Positions 18,727-26,646 are shown, counted from the stretch's first letter. The stretch: 32,000 bases of DNA from Caldivirga maquilingensis IC-167 (GCF_000018305.1 NC_009954.1:1830001-1862000), one strand, 5' to 3'. Made by a program: numbers and translations. Notes: generated by a model not told the origin, from the letters alone.

Positions 18727-19740
18727 TTAATTAGCCTTAGGAAACTGGTAAACAGGCTCCTTAATCATCCTAAGCAGTAACATTAGTAACAGTGATATTA
18801 ACCCAACCACCAGGTAACCTACCTTAATCCCTAGGGCTAACCCTATTGGAATAGTTAACATTGATGATATACCATAGGCCACTGCCAGGGTAGGCATGTA
18901 GAGTATTGGGCTTGAAATTGATGCAAGCAGTTGAAGAATTATTGAGTAAATCATCATTGATGATGCGGCCACGGCGATTAAGGTGAATTGACTATTGAAA
19001 ACGTAAGTTAACACTGATGAGGTGGCAAGTATAATTATGGAAATCCTCAATGAGCGTGATAAACCCCACCTCCTAACCATCAAGTGTGTTGGGATTATTG
19101 ATAATGGAATCGATAATACGTACGCTGAACCAAGCCAATACTTAGATAGTAGTATGGCTGAGGAAACCATGTACGGCAGTGAGAAGGATATGAATACAGC
19201 CACTATGAACATTACTTGGTTGGTTACTGCGTATTTTAACCCGGTTCCCCTGGGTTTAAAGTAAATGGAGGATAAGGATAAGTAGAATGATAGTGAAAGC
19301 ATTAGTATCGTTACGACTATGAAGAGTACACTATTGTTAAGTACAGATGATAAGACACCTATTACTAAACCCACACCGAATAAACCTGAGTAAACATACA
19401 TTATGTAGTCTATTAAACCACTGCTACTTAATATTATTCCAATAACCCCTATTAACGCCATGAAGTAGAGCCCCATCCCTAAGCCTAGTAATAAATTACC
19501 TATGTATGAATTATTTAACGCATGAATGAAGCTACCAATAGCCCCTATTGATAGGGCAACTGAGAGCGTATTACCGGCTCCTATTTTTGATACTAGAAGC
19601 AGACCTATTAATTGGGATAACGTGAACATTACAGTGAATAAGACCCCAGCGGCTACACTGGTTAGCCTGAGGGATGCTAGGAAAAGTATGTATCCAGCTA
19701 GTGCAGCAATGCCATATGCACTATATTTTAAAGTACTCAC
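18727..19740 (-). CDS. polytopic membrane protein (MFS-like, about 10 spans)
   Basis: 337 aa and almost entirely hydrophobic spans. It ends 28 nt upstream of the peptidase gene on the same strand. Confidence 0.65.
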   Translation of the reverse strand: MSTLKYSAYGIAALAGYILFLASLRLTSVAAGVLFTVMFTLSQLIGLLLVSKIGAGNTLSVALSIGAIGSFIHALNNSYIGNLLLGLGMGLYFMALIGVIGIILSSSGLIDYIMYVYSGLFGVGLVIGVLSSVLNNSVLFIVVTILMLSLSFYLSLSSIYFKPRGTGLKYAVTNQVMFIVAVFISFSLPYMVSSAILLSKYWLGSAYVLSIPLSIIPTHLMVRRWGLSRSLRISIIILATSSVLTYVFNSQFTLIAVAASSMMIYSIILQLLASISSPILYMPTLAVAYGISSMLTIPIGLALGIKVGYLVVGLISLLLMLLLRMIKEPVYQFPKAN

Positions 19741-19904
19741 TGTGTTACTAAGAGCGGTAAGTACTTAATATATTTTATGCGAATACTAAAGCCTTACTCA
19801 ACTTCACAGTAATTGGCATATATTACGTGAAAATTAACTAGCCTCAACCATGGATTAATTAAGGATGGCGTTAACTTATTAAATCCCAGTATTAAAACCT
19901 ATGC

Positions 19905-20576
19905 ATGAATAGGCTTGGGTTAATAATAGTGGTTATTGTATTGATAGCGGTGGCTGTGGTGGGGGTATTATCATACATGTCGTTAACCTCATCTGCTAAG
20001 CCTAGTCCAATTGTAATGTTGAATAAGTGGAGTAGTTCAACATACACCGCCAATTACACAATTACGTACACTGGTAGCATAAATATCTTCGGCGTAATAG
20101 GTATTTCATCATCATTGATTGGACCAAGGATAACGTGGTCTCAGAACACGTTAAATAAAATCCTACTTGTATTAAGCTTGAAGAATCAGACAAGCACCCT
20201 AGTGGCAATGAATAATATTGGAAATAATGAATATAACCTATGTATAGCGCTTACGGGTGGATTAACGTTAAGCTACTGTCAACATACGTCACCTTCCCAA
20301 TTACCCTTAATTAATTCACTGTCATCCTCATCATGGAGTTTCTTATCTAGGATTAACGTTAATGGTATAAACAGTTACTGTTACGCATCAGTATCAAATA
20401 GTAGTGAGCAATCATATAACGTGACCCTCTGCATAGCGTTAAATGGAGTACTCACGAAGGCGTACATAATTAAGAATACCACCTCAGGTTCCTACAGTAT
20501 TATAATGACTATTAACGGTGTTGAGGTTAATCAATTCCCGTCAAGTGAATTCAATAAGATTACCAGCAGTAGTTGA
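19905..20576 (+). CDS. membrane-anchored or secreted S/T/N-rich protein (probable glycoprotein)
   Basis: N-terminal hydrophobic anchor MNRLGLIIVVIVLIAVAVVGVL; five N-x-S/T sequons (NYT, NQT, NSS, NVT, NTT); an internal repeat YNLCIALTGGLT / YNVTLCIALNGVLT. Confidence 0.6.
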   Translation: MNRLGLIIVVIVLIAVAVVGVLSYMSLTSSAKPSPIVMLNKWSSSTYTANYTITYTGSINIFGVIGISSSLIGPRITWSQNTLNKILLVLSLKNQTSTLVAMNNIGNNEYNLCIALTGGLTLSYCQHTSPSQLPLINSLSSSSWSFLSRINVNGINSYCYASVSNSSEQSYNVTLCIALNGVLTKAYIIKNTTSGSYSIIMTINGVEVNQFPSSEFNKITSSS

Positions 20577-20775
20577 GGATACCTTATTTAGTTAAATCAT
20601 GATTCCCTCCATTGAATTCAGTAGTAATGAAATACATTATGTTAACCCCTTAATGGGTAAGGTTTAGGAACATGTGTAGGAAGTTAATTGAGGTGCACCC
20701 ATTAGACTACTTAGTATGTGAGTTCTCGTACTGTTTCTAATTAATTCTTATAAGGATCCAGTACATTACCCTATT

Positions 20776-21516
20776 ATGATTTTCAGGTATAGGGACTATC
20801 ATAAGGTGGATAATGGGTGGGTTAAGGTCTTTGAAGACGGTTACTTTAAGCTGAGTTCAATAATGGTCAATAAGGCTACATCAACAGTAATTAATGTTAC
20901 TAATGGTGAAGGATTATTATTCGCATTGAAGGGATCTGTAAAAGTTAATGGAGTATCCATGAGTAGCTTCGATGTTGCATATATTCCCAGGGGATCAAGT
21001 GTAAAGGTTGAGTTAAACCCAGGTACATTAGCCTACTTGGCTGAGTCATGGGCTGACAACACCAGGGAGTTCTACGTGAAGAGGAGGGAGTCGGTGAAAC
21101 CTGTGGTATCCGGTGTCCCACCCTATGAGAGGAGTGTATACACTATGATAGGTGAAGGTGATCCAGCTGACTCCTTCCTAATGGGTTACACCGAGGGATC
21201 CATAGGCAACTGGACCTCTTACCCACCTCATAGGCATGATGGGAAACCGGAGGCTTACATATTCTACAATATAGATCCAGGTTTTGCCGTTCAATTTATT
21301 TTAAGTGAGGATGAGGAATTAGCCTACGTGGTGCATGATTTTGACGTGGTTTTAATAAGAAAGGGCTACCACCCTAATGTAGCATCCACCATTAATAGGA
21401 TAAGCTATGCGTGGGTAATAGCGGCTCCAAGGGGGCAGAGGACACTTGCAGTTAACGTGCATCCACTCTACAGTGGATTACCAATGGGTCAAACCCACTT
21501 GAGGCTAAGTAAGTGA
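20776..21516 (+). CDS. iolB: KduI/IolB-family cupin (5-deoxy-glucuronate isomerase-like)
   Basis: SYPPHRHDGKPEAYIFY resembles the PPHKHD....E.YY metal-binding cupin motif of IolB/KduI. A TATA-like CTTATAAG at 20747-20754 lies about 26 nt upstream of the ATG. Confidence 0.55.
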   Translation: MIFRYRDYHKVDNGWVKVFEDGYFKLSSIMVNKATSTVINVTNGEGLLFALKGSVKVNGVSMSSFDVAYIPRGSSVKVELNPGTLAYLAESWADNTREFYVKRRESVKPVVSGVPPYERSVYTMIGEGDPADSFLMGYTEGSIGNWTSYPPHRHDGKPEAYIFYNIDPGFAVQFILSEDEELAYVVHDFDVVLIRKGYHPNVASTINRISYAWVIAAPRGQRTLAVNVHPLYSGLPMGQTHLRLSK

Positions 21517-21522
21517 GGTAAC

Positions 21523-22950
21523 TTAAGTGCAGTTTAAGCAAATTGAGTACTTGATTTTACTTAACTTATCCCTCAGTATCGTGTATTCAATTATGATTAT
21601 TAGGACTATTGATGCGGCTAGAATGTAGAGTAATGGCAGATTCACCACAGAGTAGTATAGGGTTATGGCCAATAGGGCAGCGCCAATAGTTATAATGACC
21701 TTACCACTTAATCTAGCTACCATAAGCGCCCCCACAGCCACCAGTATTAGGCTTACCACGTAGTATAGTGAATCAATGGCGTAGGCGTACTGCATTGCAT
21801 TATACGTTAATTCAATGGGCTTAATGTAGCCGCTTAACCATGATGCTAAGTAAGCCATTACAATGGTTAATACTGATATGATTGTACTGAAGTAAAGAGC
21901 CTTATGTGGGCTCCCATACCTTGGGTGAGTGTCGGAGAGCCATGCCGGTAGTAAACCATCCCTAGCCATGCCGTAGAGCATCCTGGCTGTGGCATTTAAT
22001 GTTGCTAAGTAGCAACCGAACACACTAATCATTACGCTTACCGCGAATAGTACTAAGCCTGGTTCACCTAGGTAATGGGCAATAAGGGTGTATACTGGGT
22101 TAACACCCATGCCTGATGCCTCATTCACAAAGTTATTTACCGCGTACTGCGAGTAACCGATATTAACCAGTATGGCGTAGGTGACGAGAACATACAATAT
22201 ACCCATGAATACAGTAGCCCATAGTGTGCTCACAGGCACGTTCCTCCTAGGGTCCTTAACCTCCTCAGACAACTGTGTACTAACCTCGAAACCCATGAAG
22301 TATGTTATAGCGTAAACTAAACCCCCTGACAATGCTGATAAAGCACCTAGGGGGGTTAACGCATATGCCCCACTTATGGTGAATGGCAGTACTGAAAGCT
22401 TCCCCGCATTAGTAATGATGGTTAATGCAACGAATATGAGTAATACACCTATTTCAATACTTGTTAAACTAACCTCAGTCCTAATGCTTGGCCTTATACC
22501 CAACACAGCTGGTATTAGAGCTAATACGACTGGTATTGGTAATAGGATGAGTGGATTAACCTGGTATCCAGTCACCGCGTAAATACCCTCCACACCCAGG
22601 TATGCGAATGCTATGGCCACTGATCCAACACCCACTATGCTGTAGAATATGGTGTATATGATTCCATTGAAGAAGCCGGCCTTGGGGTTAATGGTATTGG
22701 TTACGTAGGCGTAGAAGCTTGCTGCATGCGGGTATCTACGTGCGGTAATGAATATTGAGTAGACTATGGCTAGAACACCAAGTAGTGTTATTAACATTGC
22801 TAATGGTGCAGCAGCCTTGGCGCTACCCATTATTAATGCAGCACCACCAGCTATACTGTATGCCGGTGCCTGACCTGCAAGTGAATTATAGAGTGAACCC
22901 AGGAAACCCACTGAACTCCTCTTTAACTCACGGCTAGTGGCCACAGTCAT
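21523..22950 (-). CDS. APC-superfamily amino acid/polyamine permease
   Basis: 475 aa with about 12 or more hydrophobic spans. The N-terminal region and the FxGFE-type motif (YFMGFEVSTQLSEE) are typical of APC permeases. Confidence 0.8.
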   Translation of the reverse strand: MTVATSRELKRSSVGFLGSLYNSLAGQAPAYSIAGGAALIMGSAKAAAPLAMLITLLGVLAIVYSIFITARRYPHAASFYAYVTNTINPKAGFFNGIIYTIFYSIVGVGSVAIAFAYLGVEGIYAVTGYQVNPLILLPIPVVLALIPAVLGIRPSIRTEVSLTSIEIGVLLIFVALTIITNAGKLSVLPFTISGAYALTPLGALSALSGGLVYAITYFMGFEVSTQLSEEVKDPRRNVPVSTLWATVFMGILYVLVTYAILVNIGYSQYAVNNFVNEASGMGVNPVYTLIAHYLGEPGLVLFAVSVMISVFGCYLATLNATARMLYGMARDGLLPAWLSDTHPRYGSPHKALYFSTIISVLTIVMAYLASWLSGYIKPIELTYNAMQYAYAIDSLYYVVSLILVAVGALMVARLSGKVIITIGAALLAITLYYSVVNLPLLYILAASIVLIIIIEYTILRDKLSKIKYSICLNCT

Positions 22951-23086
22951 GAGTAGTGGCTAACCCGTACTGGGGCTTATTTTTTATTAAACGTTTAGTA
23001 ACCTTAAGGTTAATTAAGAACGTTAATGAGTAAGTGGTACGTATTGAAAATACGTGAAATGACTACATTGTGTTTTATTTCAGTGA

Positions 23087-24544
23087 CTAGTAGCCGACGT
23101 AGATTGCCTTAATCCTGGTGAAGAATTCAACGGCTTCTTCACCCATCTCCTTATACATGTCGTTCCCTGAACCCTTAACACCACCGTAGGGTACCCATGG
23201 TTCAAGACCTATTGTCGGCTTATTAACCTTAACAACACCAACCTTAACACCCTCAGTGAACTTAGCTGCTTCACTAATATCCCTAGTAACTATGCCTGCT
23301 ATTAAGCCGTACTCAGTGGAGTTAACTATGTCGATTGCCTCATCAAGAGTCCTATAGGTCATTACCGCTAATACTGGGCCGAATATCTCCTCCTTGGCTA
23401 TCCTCATGTCTGGTGTTACGCCGTCAAATATTGTTGGCATTACGAAGTAGCCGTGATCAAACTCCTCACTCCCCTTTATTGGTTGACCACCGTAAACTAA
23501 CTTAGCCCCCTCATTCCTACCTATCTCAATGTAGCTCAGTATCTTATCATACTGCTCCTTACTGGCTAATGGACCCATATCCACGCCGCTCTTCAACCCA
23601 TTACCCACAACAATCTTCTTAGTCCTCTCAATTAGCTTACTTAAAACCTCATCATGCATGTCCTCGGGTACCAGGAACCTTGATGTTGCTGTGCAGGCTT
23701 GGCCAGTTAAACCAAAGGCTGACCTAGCAGTTAACTCCACAGCTAAATTAATATCACCATTCTTAGATAATACCGTGGCATTCTTACCACCTAACTCAAG
23801 TTGAACCCTAATGAACCTATTCATTCTACCAACCTTCTCATTAATCTCCTTACCAGTCTGTAAACTACCTGTGAAGGTTATTGCATCAACATCCTTATTA
23901 GTCACTAACTCATCACCAACTTCACTGGCTGACCCAGTGACCAGGTTGAGTACACCCTCAGGTAGGCCTGCATCGTAGAATGCCTTAACAAGCTCATAGG
24001 CTATAGTAGGCGTTATGCTTGCAGGCTTCCAAACCACAGTGTTACCTGTGGCTATTGCTGGTATTATTTTCCAAGCTGGTAATGATAATGGGAAGTTCCA
24101 CGGCGTTATGACTGATATTACGCCAAGAGGCTCCCTAGTGGTCATTATTATAGTGTTCCTATCCTGTGATGAAATAACCTTACCCTGACCCCTTGTTATT
24201 AAGCCCGCGTAGAACCTTAGTAAATTAACAGTCCTAACAACCTCAAACATACTGTCCGGAAGAGTCTTACCCTCCTCAAGGGTTAGAGTCCTAGCCATTT
24301 CATCAGCCCTTGATTCAATAATATCAGCAACCTTATACAGTATCCTAGCCCTCTCCACAGGCAATGTCTTACCCCACTTAGCAAAGGCCTCCTTAGCCAC
24401 ACCTATAGCCTCCCTTGCATCATCCCTCCTCAACCTAGGGAACTTAGCTACAACCTGCCTAGTATCAGCGGGATTCCTGATTTCATAGAACTCCCTATCC
24501 CGTGGAATAATGAGCTTACCAATGAATACGCCTCTTTCACTCAT
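23087..24544 (-). CDS. NAD(P)+-dependent aldehyde dehydrogenase
   Basis: ALDH glutamate motif LELGGKN, cysteine motif GQACTA, and the cofactor region FTGS...G. Length is 485 aa. Confidence 0.9.
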   Translation of the reverse strand: MSERGVFIGKLIIPRDREFYEIRNPADTRQVVAKFPRLRRDDAREAIGVAKEAFAKWGKTLPVERARILYKVADIIESRADEMARTLTLEEGKTLPDSMFEVVRTVNLLRFYAGLITRGQGKVISSQDRNTIIMTTREPLGVISVITPWNFPLSLPAWKIIPAIATGNTVVWKPASITPTIAYELVKAFYDAGLPEGVLNLVTGSASEVGDELVTNKDVDAITFTGSLQTGKEINEKVGRMNRFIRVQLELGGKNATVLSKNGDINLAVELTARSAFGLTGQACTATSRFLVPEDMHDEVLSKLIERTKKIVVGNGLKSGVDMGPLASKEQYDKILSYIEIGRNEGAKLVYGGQPIKGSEEFDHGYFVMPTIFDGVTPDMRIAKEEIFGPVLAVMTYRTLDEAIDIVNSTEYGLIAGIVTRDISEAAKFTEGVKVGVVKVNKPTIGLEPWVPYGGVKGSGNDMYKEMGEEAVEFFTRIKAIYVGY

Positions 24545-24629
24545 AAAACAGGAATCAAACTTTATATTTTTAAATTTTACCTATGTAACATGAATACAAA
24601 TATGAATACTATTATTCAACAAACATTAA

Positions 24630-24682
24630 TCAGTTCGTCCCTTCCTACATCATTAATCATCACCTCATCGACCCATCATCAC
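24630..24682 (-). ncRNA. candidate C/D box sRNA
   Basis: The minus strand reads GTGATGA(C)-TGGGTCGATGAG(12)-GTGA(D'-like)-TGATTAA-TGATGT(C'-like)-AGGAAGGGACGAA(13)-CTGA(D), 53 nt in total. A TATA-like ATTAAAAAG lies about 26 nt upstream, and T-rich sequence follows. Confidence 0.4.
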
Positions 24683-24704
24683 TATGCATTACTCATTAAG
24701 TAGA

Positions 24705-24713
24705 CTTTTTAAT
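24705..24713 (-). promoter_or_regulatory. TATA-box-like element (minus strand ATTAAAAAG) for the 24630-24682 sRNA candidate
   Basis: Its centre is about 26 nt upstream of the C box at 24682, the same geometry as the protein-gene promoters in this window. Confidence 0.4.
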
Positions 24714-24984
24714 CTTACCTCATGAATTAGCGTATAATCAATATATTCCTGAAAATAGACATTAATTTGCATATTATCGAACATGTTCCTTAAACCAGTT
24801 ACCTTAAGTAATTAATCAATGTAAGTATGGGTTCTACTATGTATAATTCCTTATATAGAAAAGTTATTAAGAAATCTCATGGAGACTAACTTTACGCATG
24901 ATTACGCATTTACATTAATGAAAACTTTATCCCACATTGAGAGGCCTTGAGACACGGAACACGCATGGAGTTTACAAAGATAGG

Positions 24985-24993
24985 CTTAAAAAT
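24985..24993 (+). promoter_or_regulatory. TATA-box-like element (CTTAAAAAT) for the 25012-25082 sRNA candidate
   Basis: Its centre is about 24-26 nt upstream of the first G of the GC-rich block at 25012. Confidence 0.45.
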
Positions 24994-25011
24994 CCTGAAC
25001 CAATAAAGGTA

Positions 25012-25082
25012 GGGGTCGGGGCGTGGTGAAATCCTTGGCCAGCTGACGCTTGATGAAGCGGGATCAAACAGATCCCGACCCC
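25012..25082 (+). ncRNA. candidate C/D box sRNA closed by a long GC-rich terminal stem
   Basis: GGGGTCGGG-GC-GTGGTGA(C-like)-AATCCTTGGCCAG(13)-CTGA(D')-CGCT-TGATGA(C')-AGCGGGATCAAA(12)-CAGA(D-like)-T-CCCGACCCC. It is an isolated GC-rich block in AT-rich DNA, with a TATA-like box upstream and T5 at 25119-25123 downstream. Confidence 0.55.
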
Positions 25083-25229
25083 TTTCACCCCCCTCTAAGT
25101 GGTTTCTCTCTAGGGGAGTTTTTAAGTTTTGCTCCTTTTAATTTGTAATTTTTGAATTTTAAAGTTGCTTCATGTGTCGGTACCATGGATTTAGGTTGAA
25201 AATTCCTTGTCTATCCTTGCCTACGGCAT

Positions 25230-26378
25230 TCATTTGATGCTTAATAGGAGTTGGTACATTAATGCAGACATCAGTATAGCTAAGCCTGAGAAGAGCCATA
25301 GGTAACGGTAATTAAGTGACAATAGTAGGTATGCCGCAATGCCTGGAGCCACGGCACCGGAGAGTTGCCAGAATAGGTTTGCTAGTCCAGTGACACTGCC
25401 TGCTCTTTCCCTACCTATCAGTGAGACTGCCGTGGAGTTGGCTGGTGTTATTATGAACCTGACGAAACCCATAGCCGCAGCCACAGTAATTAATCCCACA
25501 CCCGTGAGTAACCCGAGGAGTATTGTTAATACACCGTAGATTGCCTCGAATATTACTAGAGTATTCTTAACGTTTAATCTACTGATTATGTAACCGGCAA
25601 TAACAGTGGATGGTATCCCTAGGAGTGCGAGTAGTGAGTATGCGAGGCCTGCTAAGTAGTCGTTGAAGCCCAGGGTTAGGAAGTACTTGTATGCGTATAG
25701 TGTTATTACCCAGTATGATAGGAAGAATAGGAAGCCGGATAAACTGATGACAAGGGTATTGGGATTCTTGAGAACCGTTAAATCAGTGAATACCCCACTA
25801 GCCTTGGATGGTTGATCGTTATCATTACCACCGTTAATTAAGTATAGTAAAGATACCGTGATCGATATAACGCTAATTATATAGTATGCCCACCGCCAAC
25901 CAAGGTTTACGCAAATGAAGGGTAGTACGGCACCAGCCAGAACTATGGATAATGGCCAGGCGAGGCTGTAGTAACCCATGGCTATGGGTAATTCCCTACC
26001 CTTGAAGTTCATGGTTATTAACTTAACAGTACCCGGGTATACCCAACCCGCTGATAGACCCATGAAGAAGCTGGCCACGTACTCCACAAACACACTATTA
26101 CCCAACCCAGATACTATTGATGAGGCCGCGAGCCCCATTAAAGCAGTCATGACTACGTACCTGGGATTCACCTCATCTGATATCAATCCTGAAGGTAATT
26201 GAACAATCACATAACCTATGAAGAATAGTGAGAAGATTATACTATCCTCAATAACCGTTGGTCTTAATGAAGAGTAAACCGATACAATACTCCAGGCAAG
26301 CCTTGAGAAGTAACTTAGGAAAAATGATGCAGACGAAACCCCCACGATAAACCACCTCCTGTAGGCCACGGAACTCAC
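25230..26378 (-). CDS. MFS transporter (12-TM type)
   Basis: 382 aa and polytopic, with an MFS-like loop G.ISD...PRYV. It has a GTG start, and a TATA-like TTTTTAAAA (minus) lies about 25 nt upstream. Confidence 0.8.
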   Translation of the reverse strand: MSSVAYRRWFIVGVSSASFFLSYFSRLAWSIVSVYSSLRPTVIEDSIIFSLFFIGYVIVQLPSGLISDEVNPRYVVMTALMGLAASSIVSGLGNSVFVEYVASFFMGLSAGWVYPGTVKLITMNFKGRELPIAMGYYSLAWPLSIVLAGAVLPFICVNLGWRWAYYIISVISITVSLLYLINGGNDNDQPSKASGVFTDLTVLKNPNTLVISLSGFLFFLSYWVITLYAYKYFLTLGFNDYLAGLAYSLLALLGIPSTVIAGYIISRLNVKNTLVIFEAIYGVLTILLGLLTGVGLITVAAAMGFVRFIITPANSTAVSLIGRERAGSVTGLANLFWQLSGAVAPGIAAYLLLSLNYRYLWLFSGLAILMSALMYQLLLSIK

Positions 26379-26638
26379 CGTTAATCATGATTTTAAAAAT
26401 ACTTACTCATTTACAGTAAACCTAGGAGATTATTAGGTTGAATAAGTCACGAAGCTCTATGTAAACCCACCAAGGCCTAATTACTCTTTGCCCCATTGAC
26501 CCTAATGGGGATTAATGAAATGTAATCGTTATTGGGCAAAGTAATGCATTAAGTAGTTAAATAACTTGAATACCTGGTATATTGGTGAATAAATGAATAT
26601 GAATAACGTTATCCAACACTCTTAGCAATATGTTACTC

Positions 26639-26646
26639 TTTATAAG
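26639..26646 (+). promoter_or_regulatory. TATA-box-like element (TTTATAAG) of the phosphopantothenate synthetase gene
   Basis: It lies 27 nt upstream of the GTG at 26667, consistent with a leaderless transcript. Confidence 0.45.

Noticed and set aside
19905-19990. A possible class III (type IV pilin-like) signal peptide in the 223-aa S/T-rich protein, prompted by the A24 peptidase gene 6 kb upstream.
   Set aside because: The N-terminus MNRLG/LIIVV has its charged residue at -3 rather than -2 relative to the candidate Gly. That does not fit the usual [KR]-[GA] cleavage context, so I cannot support it from sequence alone.
25011-25083. A tRNA-like reading of the GC-rich block: a 7-bp acceptor-like stem AGGGGTC/GACCCCT with an adjacent GGGAT/ATCCC hairpin resembling a T-arm.
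   Set aside because: There is no U8 and no credible D-arm or anticodon arm. The would-be T-loop CAAACAG lacks the TTCRA consensus. The interior fits C/D box spacing exactly instead.
24930-25120. A reading as minimal (type T) RNase P RNA. AAAG precedes the 5' strand and ACAGA precedes the 3' strand of the long helix, reminiscent of J3/4-P4 and J2/4-P4, and TTTCACC follows.
   Set aside because: No GC-rich P1-P3 region lies upstream (the sequence there is AT-rich). The TATA-like box places the start at the helix itself. No complement exists for a P2 strand. Only about 50 nt lie between the strands, which is too little for a catalytic domain.
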